DNA of 63,956 nucleotides, the filler included, from Octopus bimaculoides (Eukaryota): assembly GCF_001194135.2 (NCBI RefSeq). It is 8 parts of 8 records of this genome, joined end to end, with 100 filler letters (N's around TTAATTAATTAA, not from the genome) between each part and the next. Parts side by side here need not be neighbours in the genome. Positions count along the whole stretch, not along the records: positions 1 to 15,808 come from NC_068988.1; 7 more parts are not named here. One strand, given 5' to 3'. A program made the translations under genes and the position numbers. Positions 1 to 13,260 of this stretch are shown here, in pieces. The notes under the pieces are model-generated. The model was not told the DNA's origin. It did no database searches and worked only from the letters and a program-made list of their open reading frames with translations. How positions within the stretch are numbered: position 1 is the stretch's first letter; the number at the start of each line of letters is the position of its first letter.

Positions 1-36
<36 letters not shown>

Positions 37-103
37 ATTTATACACTCATGTATAAATATAAATATATATATATATGTTTGTGTGTGTGTGTGATTTTCA
101 TTG

Positions 104-180
104 CTCACGAAGAGCTATGCTCGAAACGTCAAAAATTCCCTGTTTTTACTGAGCGTCAAACTAATACATTCCTCTGTGTA
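104..180 (+). mobile_element. Decayed copy of hammerhead-bearing PLE-derived repeat (family E)
   Basis: CTCACGA-A-GAGC-TAT-GCTC-GAAAC-GTC at 104-130 (G5 changed to C, stem I poor), followed by ctgagcgtcaaactaatacat, homologous to the segment downstream of the other family E hammerheads. Confidence 0.7.
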
Positions 181-363
181 TGTGTCTATTTGTGTTGCAG
201 GCTATGCAGAGAACGACTGGGAAGGTGTTAAATTTAATGTGGCTATGTGGATATAAATTATTTCAGGTATAAAAGAATTTAACTGAAATGTTATTCATTA
301 GATATCCTCATGTGTTAATTGCTTTGATTATATTCCAGAATGTTTTACATGCATTGAAGTTAC

Positions 364-506
364 CTGTAGCCTTGGTTTTTGGTATTGTGCTGTGTCAACT
401 CTAATTGTGCAGACTTATTATCAAACATTTCAGTTGTGACCATCGCATCTTCTTTATTCAGAAATGCTGTAACTAGGACTACATTCTTAAAAGTGTCCAT
501 CCACAT
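364..506 (-). CDS. Candidate first coding exon of an unidentified minus-strand gene running off the left edge (MWMDTFKNVVLVTAFLNKEDAMVTTEMFDNKSAQLELTQHNTKNQGY, phase 2)
   Basis: Open frame from ATG at 506 (in-frame stop just upstream) ends at a CAG|GTAACT donor (intron begins at 363). Unique sequence below a long UTR-like and promoter-like region. No homology recognised. Confidence 0.3.
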
Positions 507-799
507 TTCTTAGAATGCGCAGTGAAATGAAGGCAATCACAATGCCATTTCTAGCAGGTCAAATTACAGTATATAATGGTGATATATATTTTCCGTGGTG
601 CTGTTGTTGTTGCTGTTTGTTGGGGAGGGGGTGATGGTGGTGGACTTAGTTCAACTCTTATTGAAAGGAACTATGATAGTTAACCGTGACTATCCAGAAT
701 GTTTCCAGTGATAGTGGTGGTGATGGTGTTAGTTGTGTTAGTGAGTGTGGTTGTTGCGGTGGTTGTGGTGTTAGTGGTGATGGTGGTGGAGGTGCTAGT

Positions 800-1088
800 T
801 GTTGCTGCTCCGTGTAGAAATCTAAGCAAGCGGCGTCACAATCACCTATGCGATAACAAAGACGAACAATGGTTTTAATTTTTTGGAGCCATTTATTTTC
901 TACTCGTACGTAACATCTTGCAGCTGTACTACTTGTATATACAAATGTATGGCAAGTGTACGCTTGCACATTGTTACGTACTAGTAGAAAATAAATGGCT
1001 CTAAAAAAATAAAAACCATTGTTCGTCTTTGTTATCACATAGGTGGTTGTGACCCCGCTTGCTTAGGTTTCTACACGAAGCAGCAACA
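800..1088. repeat. Long foldback inverted repeat (arms 800-915 and 972-1088); MITE-like or structured RNA
   Basis: The reverse complement of the right arm matches the left arm over about 116 nt with about 8 differences. The 56-nt spacer is partly self-complementary (acttg/caagt, tatac/gtatg). Confidence 0.9.
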
Positions 1089-1279
1089 GTAGAAAAAAAG
1101 CTTTGTCGGATCATCATTCTAGAAGCAGCAGAAAATGGTCACACTGGTACAAAGCCACTTTCGCAGTAACATTAAATAACCAAAGAAGAACATTTAGGGA
1201 TGACAACGGGTTTTCTGAGATACAGACGGACACAAAAAGGGTCCCCCACCCTTATTTTTGAAAACAAAGCAACCTCGAT

Positions 1280-1930
1280 CCCAGATGCAAACCGGAAGTG
1301 ACTCACTTCCGACAAGTTGTGAAAACTAATACTAAATAGTAATACAATAGACTTTTCGTTGGAGATAACACTAGTTGTGATGTTGAAAGTAGTAATCGTG
1401 ATGGTAGTGGTGATGGTGGAATGGTTATTCTTGTTCTTGGTTGGGATAATGTAGCGAGAGGGTGTTCCATTGTTGTTAACGTTGTTGGTGTTGCTGTAGT
1501 TGTTGATGTTATTTTTGTGGAGTTGATAGTTCTGAGTCTGCCCTGGATGAACAACAGATCTGTGATCAAAGGCGTGACTGTACTCGTTTGTGTGATGGAC
1601 GGGAGAGGTGAAGGTGTGTTTGTATTGCGCGCGCGCGAGTGAGTGTGTGTGCATGTGTAAGTGCCGATGTATGTCGTTTGCCTGTGTCCGTGTGTTTGTG
1701 TTGGTATATTAGAGGGAAGAGAGAGAGAGAGAAAGAGAGAAAGGAAAGGAGAGAAAAAAGAAAATAAAGAGAGAGAGAGGAAGAGAGAGAGAGAGTGGCT
1801 GTACGTGAGTGCATCGAGAAATGCACAGAGTGTGTTTGTGTGTGTGTACTAGAAGGCCTATTGGCGAGCATATTTGCATCGCTGTTGTGAATGTGTTGTG
1901 TGAACACAGGAAGTGGATCTGCATGTATGT
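1280..1930 (-). promoter_or_regulatory. Putative promoter/5' region
   Basis: CCGGAAGT (ETS-type) 1292-1299, ATCAAAG (TCF/LEF-type) 1565-1571, (GC)n run 1627-1637, GA tract about 1716-1795, octamer ATTTGCAT 1872-1879, CAGGAAGT 1907-1914. Short motifs can occur by chance. Confidence 0.3.
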
Positions 1931-2157
1931 GTGGGTGTGCGTGCGTGTGTATATGTGCCAGTAAATTTTCATATACTTGAGAGATTTGTTTGTATATGTA
2001 CGGAAGATAGAAGCTTCAACTCAGAGAATAACATCGCTCTTACTACTCCTATCCTCTTCATATATATGTGTGTATATTTATACACATCTATGTACAGACA
2101 CGTACATGTATATATATATATATATGTATGTATGTGTGTTTGTGTGTGTGTATATAG

Positions 2158-2188
<31 letters not shown>

Positions 2189-2202
2189 AACACACATATA
2201 TC

Positions 2203-2370
2203 ATAGGCGCAAGCATGACTGCCTTGTTACGAAGCTCGCTTTACAACTCCGTGGTTTCGAGTTCTGTCCCACTGCATCACATCTTGGGTGTTATACTATA
2301 TCCTTGGGTCGATCAATGCCGGATGAATGAATATTAGACGGTAAGTGTGTGGAAGCCCGCTGTGCATACA
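2203..2370 (+). mobile_element. SINE family B, 5' (tRNA-derived head) module, diverged
   Basis: taggcgca...gagttctgtcccactgcat...cttggg...actata...gaagccc matches the head of the fuller B copies at 42040-42450 and 42835-43290. Confidence 0.7.
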
Positions 2371-2596
2371 CACACGTGCGCGCGCACGCACCTATTAATG
2401 CTTGTTTAAATGTTAAAAACTCAATTGTAAACTAAACATGAAAGATCATTCAATACTTTTTGTAGAGTGTTTATTTATTATTCTTTAACAAGAACAGCGT
2501 TGGCAGTGACTTCGAATTTTCGGCCTGACTACTTTTCACTGGACTGTGCGTGAAGACTAAACTGGCTGAAGCTTGTAAAAGAATAATATGTATGTA

Positions 2597-2678
<82 letters not shown>

Positions 2679-3258
2679 ATAGATAAAGAAAAGATTAAAA
2701 AATGTCAGATATATTGAGTTATTATTGTCTGCGGTTTGTTCGTTGCCAACGTCTTTTATATTTCTCTCACAGCTGCCGTATTCTATAATATACATTTTCT
2801 TCTAACCACGCATCACGCTTTAGCTGTCCGTATCTCATCCAGTCCGCTCAGGCAGAACATTACGGAACAGACCCAACCAGAAACCCATGAGTTTAAGACT
2901 CTACTCTGAATGTGCCATACTGTGCCATCTTTATGTTTGTCATGATTCCCTAAATCCTTCATATTTCAGCTCCTTTTCATTTGCCCATTCTAGATCAACC
3001 TTCCCGGGACATAGTCAACGCAACCATCAATCTGTTATGATAAACCATGTCATAATATGAAGGTATTGTTTACTTATCGCAAAACGGATTAGAAATACAC
3101 GCACTTTCTACAAATACAAGTTATTGGCATTATGAAATGGTATACAATATGAGTTTCTTTAGTTTCCACTCTTGCGTTGTCCTTTCTCACCTTGATTGGA
3201 GAAAGCAATAGAGTGTACAATGGTGCTGAGTTTATAGCAGTGACGCTGCTCTATTGTT

Positions 3259-3402
3259 GTGAATGTGCAAGACTAGTCAGGATTTGATTATGGCACTAGA
3301 CATTGTCAAAGAATGACGATGATCTAGATGCTTCTTGAAAACGCTTGCCCCAACGATGACTCCATACCGATAACTCTCAGCAATGAGGCTCTGCCCCACA
3401 TG
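3259..3402 (-). repeat. ~140-bp repeat, inverted relative to the copy at 5602-5740
   Basis: Shared blocks tggggcaga, gatcatc..tca.tctttgacaatg and tcctgacta.tcttgcac; roughly 70% identity by eye. Confidence 0.8.
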
Positions 3403-5463
3403 CGTATATACGTACATACATACATGCATGCATGTATGTATGTATGTATGTATGTATGTAATGTGTATATAACACACATATTTATATATATGTGAAGGTT
3501 TGAGGTCTAGCTGGAGGGGAGAGTTCGGCTCATGATCATAAGGTTTTGAGGTCATTTCCTCGGCCTTGAGCAAAGAACTCCATTTCATGCTTCTCCAGTT
3601 CACTCATTTGCAATGCGTGCTATTCGGGTAGTGGTACCCTCCGCCATCTGTCAAATTCTGTTGTTTCTCTGAAACAAGAGACATTAAATGGAAAAAAAGT
3701 TAACTCAATATACAATATGCAAACGAATATTATTTCTACAAAGTTAACTATCTTACAAATTTCTACGGGGTTGGTTTATCAAACAGAGCTATGTGAAATG
3801 AAGCAAGGTGCATATCTACAGATGTAATTTGTATGGGTGTAGCGTAGCACTGATAGTGGTGGAACGGAAATGTTTAGAGACACACGCATCTGAATGTTAG
3901 GAGTTTGTAATAATAAATGAATAATATAACAAAGTAAAAAGGATATAAAATTTGGGATTAGCCAATATAAGAGGGTGACGGCTGAGAAAAAGAGAAAATA
4001 TATAAGTTAATAAAATAAAAGTGAAAATAAAAATATATCAATAAAATGTATCAATAGAAGCTTAGGAAAATATGAGAATAAGAGAATAATAATGAAGTTT
4101 TAACTAAAACAAAAGAAACAGTTAAGCTTGAACAGTAAAAGTCAAACGACAAGAGAGTTTACAAGCATTTATATATAGTTGTCTATGACGAAAACTTAAA
4201 ACTAGAATATTAAACTTGAACAATAGAAGTTAAAAGGGAATGGTTTACACGACTACTTGTATACATTAATCTATATATAGAATTTAAAACAAAAAATATC
4301 AAATAAACTTGACGAATGAACTGAACGAACAACAAACTGTACAAATATATATATATATATATAATAGTTTGTGTGAAAATGTGAATGTAAGCACTGAAAA
4401 TGTTAATGTAAACAGAAAATGTGAATGTAAGCACCAACCTCCTAAAACTAAATTTAATAGAAATCTTAAGCAAAATCCAGCTATGTTCCTCGTCCCTGTT
4501 ATTTTTAACCACACCAATCAACCCCTCCCTCTACAACCATTACAAACGGGTCTCATCCTATTTAAAAGTTGGTAAAATAACATTGATGTTAACAGCCAAA
4601 TCCACATAATATCATTAAAACATGAAGTATGACATTTACCGCGTCCAACCACGCACCTCACCACAATATTCCCTTCTTAGCTAGTTCCATATTTTCTATT
4701 ATTCTTTTGGCACACCCAACCATTCCTTCCTGCACACTTGCATATCTTCATTGTTACATCTATTTTATCTTTATATACATTGTTTTTCTTCTTCTTCTTA
4801 ATTCTTCGTGATTTAATTTATATATTTTCTCTTTACACCTGCCAGTTTTACTCCTTCTCCCTGTACAGCTGTATACTCATAACATTTCATATCCAATACC
4901 GCTGTTTGATAAGTTGTCATAAGCGAGACTTCGTTACATACGTTATATATATATATATATATATACACACACGCTAATACACGAATTATAATACCCAATC
5001 CTGTTCATACAACGACTGGGACAAACTAGTCGGTATACAGCACTTACTCGGTATTACCTGTATCCTCCTGGGTTTGGTTAAATCCAATACCCTCCTCAAC
5101 CTTATCTATATATATATATATATATNNNNNNNNNNNNNNNNNNNNNNNNNNNNNNNNNNNNNNNNNNNNNNNNNNNNNNNNNNNNNNNNNNNNNNNNNNN
5201 NNNNNNNNNNNNNNNNNNNNNNNNNNNNNNNNNNNNNNNNNNNNNNNNNNNNNNNNNNNNNNNNNNNNNNNNNNNNNNNNNNNNNNNNNNNNNNNNNNNN
5301 NNNNNNNNNNNNNNNNNNNNNNNNNNNNNNNNNNNNNNNNNNNNNNNNNNNNNNNNNNNNNNNNNNNNNNNNNNNNNNNNNNNNNNNNNNNNNNNNNNNN
5401 NNNNNNNNNNNNNNNNNNNNNNNNNNNNNNNNNNNNNNNNNNNNNNNNNNNNNNNNNNNNNNN

Positions 5464-5505
<42 letters not shown>

Positions 5506-5601
5506 GCGCACGCACACACATATATATACACACACACATACACAGACATAGAGATACGTACGAACAATGATGCCATTGTGTTCCACACGTACGTGCACAA
5601 G

Positions 5602-5740
5602 CATCGTGGGGCAGAATGACATCGCTGATAGTCATCAATACAGGATCATCGTAGGCCTTTTGTAGCGGCATCGGATCATCATCAGTCTTTGACAATGCCT
5701 GGTGCGATAACCAAGTCCTGACTAATCTTGCACGTTCATG
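5602..5740 (+). repeat. ~140-bp repeat, partner of 3259-3402
   Basis: Same blocks as 3259-3402 in the opposite orientation. Confidence 0.8.
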
Positions 5741-6329
5741 TATGAATACACACATATGTATATGTGTATAAATATATAGATAAAAATCTTATCTTTCCCT
5801 TCCTCCCCCCCTCTCTCTCTATATATATATATATGTACGTGTATGTATATACATATACCCGCGTGTGTGTGTATATATGTGTGTGTGTGTTTGTGTGTCT
5901 ATAGACATATAGAATAAAAGCAGAAGAGCATACATTTCACATATAATTCTTGCATTAACTGTGCTCAATTGCTGTTTCATTACAATAAAGAACATTGATT
6001 CCAAAATTATACATTTGCGATACATGTTTTAAAATTTTTTTATAAAATTTAAATAGACTGGAATTTTAATGAATCGAATATGTATTGCAATTCCCTAATT
6101 ATGAATAAATGCTGTTGATATTAATGAGGCATCTGTTGCGCTGAATTAATATATGAATTATACGTGAAATGATGCATTTCTGCTTTAATGATAAATAGCT
6201 GATTATACATATTATACTCGCTAGTAGATTCCAACTGTAGTTTCTGAAATGTAATAACGTGTTGAAGTTTAACGATGTTTTTTCGCTGAGCTCTTAATTA
6301 CCGCATATTTATTTTCATGTTTATACATC

Positions 6330-7385
6330 AATTCGCAGTGAGAGCTGGCAGTGACCGTCATGAGGTAGTATGCCGAATGACATCGATGTGTTTACTTCAC
6401 AAGTTGGGAAATTTGTGTTTTTGCGATCACGTGTATGCTGTAGTATACTATTTTCTCATGCACAGGAAGTTGGAACAAAGAGCCAACGTGAAATCTCGCG
6501 TTAAACTTGGGCAGTCTTTTACAGAGACATTGAGCATGCTTCGGCAAGCTTACGGGACGAGGTAATGGGACGTACGCAATGTTTCGAGTGGCACGAGTTC
6601 TTCAAAAGCGGAAGAACGTCCCTGGAAGACGATGGGTGATCTGGAAGGTCTGCCAAGAGTGTCACCTCCGGAAATGTGGACAAACGTCATCATATTGTGC
6701 ATGACGATCGTTGGAAGACAATCAACGATATTGCCGATGTTGTTGGTCTGTTGTATGGGTCCGTGCAGGAAATCCTAACGTTTGAATTGAACATGCGGCA
6801 TGTCTCTGCCAACTTTGTCCCCCGTCTACTGACCAGTGAGCATAAAGAAGATTGCGTCGAAGTCTGTCAAGATCTCCGCCAGCGTGCCACCTAGTGACCC
6901 ATTCTTCATGTCGAGGATTATCACCGGTGACGAGAGTTGGATCTACGGACACAATCATGCGACGAAGCAGCAGTCGTCACAATGGAAGAAACTTTTATCT
7001 CCACAACCGAAGAAGATACGACAGAGCCGTAATTGAATCAAGAAGATACTAATCGAGTTTTCGACATCCTCGGAACTATGCATTGAGAATTCGTTCTCCA
7101 GTGCTGGATCGTCAATCGTTTTCAAGCGTTTGAGGGAAGACATTCGGTGAAAGTGATCGGATCTGTGGAGCGCGAAGAATTGGATTCTTTACGACGACAA
7201 TGCAACCTGGTATTGAGCTCTCTTCATCGCGAGTTTCTCGCCGAAAAGAACATAATATCGCTTCCGCACCCACCCTATTTGCTAGATTTAGCACCTGCAG
7301 ACTTCAATCTCTTCCCCAAGATTAGAATGCAGCTCAAAGGTCGCCGTTTTAACACCGTTGTCGAGATCCAGATCGAATCACTGAA
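6330..7385 (+). mobile_element. Degenerate mariner (DD34D) transposon; right end lost in the gap
   Basis: Frameshifted transposase: KLEQRANVKSRVKLGQSFTETLSMLRQAYG (HTH), FVPRLL (WVPHEL-equivalent), IITGDESWIYG (first D), QSSQWKK..SPQPKK, HPPYLLDLAPADFNLFPKIRMQLKGRRF (YSPDLAP.D motif). Confidence 0.92.
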
Positions 7386-8329
7386 NNNNNNNNNNNNNNN
7401 NNNNNNNNNNNNNNNNNNNNNNNNNNNNNNNNNNNNNNNNNNNNNNNNNNNNNNNNNNNNNNNNNNNNNNNNNNNNNNNNNNNNNNNNNNNNNNNNNNNN
7501 NNNNNNNNNNNNNNNNNNNNNNNNNNNNNNNNNNNNNNNNNNNNNNNNNNNNNNNNNNNNNNNNNNNNNNNNNNNNNNNNNNNNNNNNNNNNNNNNNNNN
7601 NNNNNNNNNNNNNNNNNNNNNNNNNNNNNNNNNNNNNNNNNNNNNNNNNNNNNNNNNNNNNNNNNNNNNNNNNNNNNNNNNNNNNNNNNNNNNNNNNNNN
7701 NNNNNNNNNNNNNNNNNNNNNNNNNNNNNNNNNNNNNNNNNNNNNNNNNNNNNNNNNNNNNNNNNNNNNNNNNNNNNNNNNNNNNNNNNNNNNNNNNNNN
7801 NNNNNNNNNNNNNNNNNNNNNTATATATATTTCTATACACATACATACACACAAACAAACACAAATGCACATACAAGCGCAAATACACACACACACATGC
7901 GCACACACATTCTGTGATTAGCTGGAACTGCCAGTTCTTGCTTAGCGCCGTCAACCAACTGAATTTGATGCATAACACTAACACTTGATCAAATTACTAT
8001 TTTCATCTGAAGATTTGACATTTCAATGTGACCAAGCTATGGTCTACGCAACGATTTCCCGACATTGCAGTGTTTCGCTAATGAAACATTTATAAAGATA
8101 TGTAATTTATAATGTTTTAATAAAGAGAAAAAATCTGTTTTATTCTATTTTCGGATAAAGACTCAATGAATTATTCAAAGTGTATAATGCCAAAAGAAAA
8201 TCAGTGGACAAATTTGACTGGACATACATATAAATGTATGTATGTATGTATGTATGTATGTATGTATGTATGTATGTATGCATGTATGTTTGTATGTGTG
8301 TATGTATGTATGCATGTATACATACATCT

Positions 8330-8369
<40 letters not shown>

Positions 8370-8371
<2 letters not shown>

Positions 8372-9783
8372 CGCAAGGGTTGGCAGAGACCATCATCTTT
8401 GGGAGAAGGTTGTCGGGAAAGACGGAGTCGGGAACTCCAATGAAAATGGACATCTTCTTGGACTGTGTTCTACACACCAACTTGCTGTCACAAACACCTT
8501 CTTCAGGCAGAGTAACGGCTTCAAGACCACATGGCAACATCCCAGATCCAAGCATTTGCACCTCCTATACTATTCCATCACAAGACGACGTGATCTCAAA
8601 GATGTTCTGATCACTCGTTCTATGCTGTCTGCTGACGACTGTTGGACCGACCACCGCCTGGACTCTGAAGAAGAAGACACTCTCCCCAAGATCAAATTCA
8701 CCTTCCCGGAGGAAGTACAACACCACTGCCCTCCGAGACCTCCAGAAGGTCCGTCTTTTTCAAGAGTCTGTCGAAAAGCAGTTGAATGATCCCCCCCCCC
8801 CACCAATGTGACAGCTCTGATCCCAACGCAGAGTGGACCACGCTCAAGAACATTCATCACCAAATCTGCGAGAGAGAACATCGATTTCCAAAAACGATCC
8901 CGTGCAAACTGGCTCGACTCATAGTCTTGAAATCTCCACCTTGACTGATGGAAAACGAGCGGCACTCATTGAACATCTGAACAACCCCTCATGTTCCACG
9001 AAACTCGCCAGATTCAAGGAAGCCATGTCACTCTGCCAAAGAAGGATTCGCGAGATCGAGAATCAATAGTGGCAAGCCAAAGCTGTCCAACTCCAATCCT
9101 TTGCTGACAGCCGTGACATGAGGAACTTTTTTGCTGGGACCAAGGAAATCTACCCTCCCAAAAGACCATCAACATCCCAGCTGAAAACAGCAGACAACTC
9201 AACTGTCATCACCGAGAAGGATGGGATTCTTGATCGCTGGAAAGAACACTTCGAAGCCTTGTTGAATCGTCCGTCCACTGCTTCTGAAGACCCGCTGAAG
9301 AACATTCCTCAACACCCAGTCAAACCGGAACTGTCACGCCCCCCTTCCCATATCGAATTCTTAACGCTTCCAATCAAATGAAACCTAACAAAGCTCCCGA
9401 ACCCGACAACATACCCTTTGAACTCCTCAGAGCGGGGGGACCTGCTCTTCGGGTAAGACTCTTCATGCTGATTCTACAGATCTGGGAGAAGAAACAAATT
9501 CCTCAAGATCTTAATGATGCAGTCATTGTCACCATCTTCAAGAAAGGGATAAGAGCCTTTGTGGTAACTATCGTGGCATCTCTATGCTTTCAATCGCAGG
9601 CAAGATCATCGCTCGAATCTTGTTAAAACGTCTCCAAGTGGTAGCTGAGTCAGTCTTCCCTGAGTCACAGTGTGGTTTCAGAAGGTCAAGAAGTACCATC
9701 GACATGATCTTTTGTGCACGTCAGATCCAGGAGAAGAGCCGGGAGCAGTAGAAACCTGTCTTTTTCATCTTCTACGACTTGGA
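8370..9783 (+). mobile_element. RTE-clade LINE internal fragment (APE endonuclease C-terminus to RT N-terminus), pseudogenised and truncated at both ends
   Basis: NARVGRD..GVGNSNENG..TNTFFRQ..KTTWQHPRSKH..DCWTDHRL (APE end). Then NKAPEPDNIPFELL..IPQDLNDAVIVTIFKKG, NYRGISLLSIAGKIIARILL, PESQCGFRRSRSTIDMIF (RT), with stops and frameshifts. Confidence 0.93.
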
Positions 9784-9844
9784 TTAATAGACAACAACAA
9801 CAACTTCAATAACAACAACATAATGAATTGATTGGTGCGACGAA

Positions 9845-10075
9845 GTGAAGGCGCATGGCTCAGTAGTTAGAGCGTCGGGCTAACAATCATGAGGTAGTGA
9901 GTTCGATTCCCGAACCGATGTATGTGTTGCGTTCTTGAGCAAGACACTTTATTTCACATTGCTCCACTTCACTTGGCTGCGGAAATGAGTTGCGACGTCA
10001 CTGGTGCTAAGCTGCGTTGGTCTTTGTTTTTCCCTTGAATATCATCGGTGACGTGGAGAGGAGAGGCTGGTAACT
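9845..10075 (+). mobile_element. tRNA-derived SINE (separate family) after a (CAA)n tract
   Basis: A-box-like tggctcagtagttagagcg and B-box gagttcgattcc, then cttgagcaagacactt. A reverse copy of the same head lies at about 43490-43590. Confidence 0.8.
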
Positions 10076-10504
10076 GTTGGTTTTTCATAAGCAACCTTTC
10101 CCAGACTTTTGCCTCAGAGGGGAACTTCCTAGGTGCAATTCCATGGCTTTTACGGAGTGAAAGCCCACTTGGTAGTGCTCATTAGCCAACATTTCGACCC
10201 AATTTATAAGGGCTTTATATATTACTGACTTTATATAGAATATGCAGATACATACATACATAATACATACATACATACATACATGTATGTATGTATGTAT
10301 GTGTGTATGTATGTATGCATGTATGTACGTACTATGTATGTTTGTATGTGTGTATACATATCTATGCATACGTATGTACGTACGTACAAGGAACGAGAAA
10401 CATGATGACTAATTTGTTAATTTAGCTAAGCCAACTCTAAACTACCAAAATGTATTTCAATAAAAATCTGTGCACATGTTTTCGATAATCTTTCTTATAA
10501 GATT

Positions 10505-11455
10505 ATTCTATGAATCCGCCTTCAGCTTCGATGTTTACTTCAATATGGAATCGGAATCATTGACATGCCAGCAGTAAATGGTCTTTATTAATTTCGGACA
10601 CCATCTAGACAATAGCCGCCTTTAGTGATGGTATTGTGACGATATCGATTAGTTTTCCTTTCAAAAATGCTCAAACGTAGCAGACTATGAGATTTAAATG
10701 GGGCACGTTTGAAGATCATAAGTTAAGCGTTACATGATATTAAAATTGCCTGAGATCTATTCTGAGCTTTGTAGAGAGGTGCTGAGTCTTGCTGTTTTAC
10801 GTATGGCCTACCATTGCGTACTTCAACCTTTTAGGGCTTAACAAATTCAGCAGCATCAATACTAAGACCTAGTGGAAAGGTGTGAAATGCCATTTTATCA
10901 CAGTTGCTGGAAAGATATGCACACGGTTATCTATCATTCCTCCTGCTAGACCTTTGATCCTGGACAAAGATTTTTCTCATCAAAGAAGAACCAGAGTATG
11001 ATATGTTCGAGAAGAATTTTAACCTCGACACGGACCAAACGGTTTACCTGTGTTTTTGGAGACATGCATTGGCTTTTCCTTAGTACATACAAATAGTTGC
11101 ACAGTTCTGGATGGATGATGTACGCAGTGAAAGGCTAAACGTGTATCGAATATCATAGTACACCTTATTTCTGATAGTTTACTTCAGGAACGGCTCTCAT
11201 TGATTTTCCGAGACCATCATCAATACTGTTTTGAACTCGTAGGTTGAATTCCGGTGTCCTTTTCTGATTGTAAAGAATGTCATTTCTTTTTCTCTGTGGT
11301 ACAGTTGAAATATTCCCGCAGAGTCTTCGAATTCCATCCGAACTTTGTGTAAAAAAGATCCTGCAACATTTAGAACGTTGAAAATTTCCAAATCGCTCTA
11401 TTCTGCAAATTCGTCAATAGTTTTTGCATATCTTTGTATTTCTTGTGTTAGCATT
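10505..11455 (-). mobile_element. Degenerate Tc1/mariner-superfamily transposase, maT/DD37D-like
   Basis: Minus-strand fragments FLHKVR, IDDGLGKSMRA, TIRNKVYYDIRY, LWFFFDEKN, FPATV, GRPYVKQQDSAP, SLKAAIV, and a C-terminal EAEGGFIE*. Many stops and indels. Confidence 0.8.
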
Positions 11456-11550
11456 TTGCTTGCCCTGGAAGATCTAAAAGAAATAACCTTTTAATTGGTT
11501 TTAAAAGAGTAGTATAATTAACTGTTCTCAAAGGTCTCCTCCGATCCACT

Positions 11551-11668
<118 letters not shown>

Positions 11669-12780
11669 GTCATACAATAAGACTCATTAAACTTTGTATG
11701 TCCAACCCTTTAATTGTTACATCCAACATCTTTTACTGAAGAGCAGTCAATAAGGGCCTGTGAAAGCCAGAGCACACTCACTTCTAGTTTAAACAATTTA
11801 CTAACGAATATTTCGCAATCCTGAGAAACCGACTTCTATTCTACCTGGGGCATCGGTCCAACACAAAGGTACTGCAATTGTTCTTTTGCCACAACATATT
11901 CAATCTCGACCAATAACAAAGTAAACCTTAAATATATGAATATAATGTAACTGTCACATATAACCGTATAGCTTTTTTCATCTTATTATTCTCACCCAGT
12001 TTAGAAGTTTGGCCTCCGTAATAGTATATTACAGAATATATATATAACTTTGTCCTTTCTGCGAGATCGGTTAGCTATACAGCAATACAGCTTTTGCGAA
12101 ACACATTTTTTAATTCACCAACAAAACAGAACATTGTCACCTATCATCTTTTCAAACCTTATTTTGTTTTATATGTTATGAAATCCCTTTAAAGAAAATG
12201 TGTATTGCTTCTATCCTTAAATATTCTTTTTAATGCCCAAATTACGCTAAATTTTAGTTCCCAAATTACGCTAAAATTTTTTCTCCCTTTCTCTAACAAA
12301 GCAGGGCTGATATTTTCTTCATCTTCTTTTTTTTTACTTAGAAGTGCATCCAGTTGTTCAATGGACTGAATCAGTTGATCATTGTATTTTAGTATTTTAA
12401 CGGCTGAATATTCCATTGATACGTGTTATTATAGACTCATCCGAACACAGTGTCTGGCAATATAGGTCTTTGACTTACAGTTACACTCCATTTGACTTCT
12501 TTTACAGAGTGTTCATCTCACAAGGTTTGGAGCGACTTGGGGCTATAGTAGAAGACATGATAGCGCATTGGGATCGAACTTAGTTGCAAAGTAAACTTCT
12601 CAACCATTTGAACACGACTCCTTATATGAAGCAGACATATGTGATTTACACGAGGGCCCTATTCTTTAGACATTCAAACATCCTGTGAAAATACGTTTAA
12701 CTTTGTACTGGATCCCGACTTATCAGCTGGAAAATATAACACAGTAAAAGAATTTTTTGGACTACTCCTGAAACCTATTC

Positions 12781-12841
<61 letters not shown>

Positions 12842-13226
12842 CCATCTCTCTCTCTCCCTCTCCCTCTCTCTCTTTCTCTCTCTCGTCTGTCTAAATCAAG
12901 GTCGTGACAGTTGTTANNNNNNNNNNNNNNNNNNNNNNNNNNNNNNNNNNNNNNNNNNNNNNNNNNNNNNNNNNNNNNNNNNNNNNNNNNNNNNNNNNNN
13001 NNNNNNNNNNNNNNNNNNNNNNNNNNNNNNNNNNNNNNNNNNNNNNNNNNNNNNNNNNNNNNNNNNNNNNNNNNNNNNNNNNNNNNNNNNNNNNNNNNNN
13101 NNNNNNNNNNNNNNNNNNNNNNNNNNNNNNNNNNNNNNNNNNNNNNNNNNNNNNNNNNNNNNNNNNNNNNNNNNNNNNNNNNNNNNNNNNNNNNNNNNNN
13201 NNNNNNNNNNNNNNNNNNNNNNNNNN

Positions 13227-13260
<34 letters not shown>

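Noticed and set aside
201-258. Possible + strand terminal exon (YAENDWEGVKFNVAMWI*)
   Set aside because: A single acceptor next to a repeat, with no partner exon in the window and no recognised homology.
11735-11785. CTGAAGA..GAAA hammerhead-like string (also 55465-55505)
   Set aside because: No valid stem III/UH junction or stem I pairing.
12189-12416. 75-aa minus-strand ORF with protein-like composition
   Set aside because: No recognisable motif or splice context, and it contains a 16-nt internal duplication; cannot be supported.
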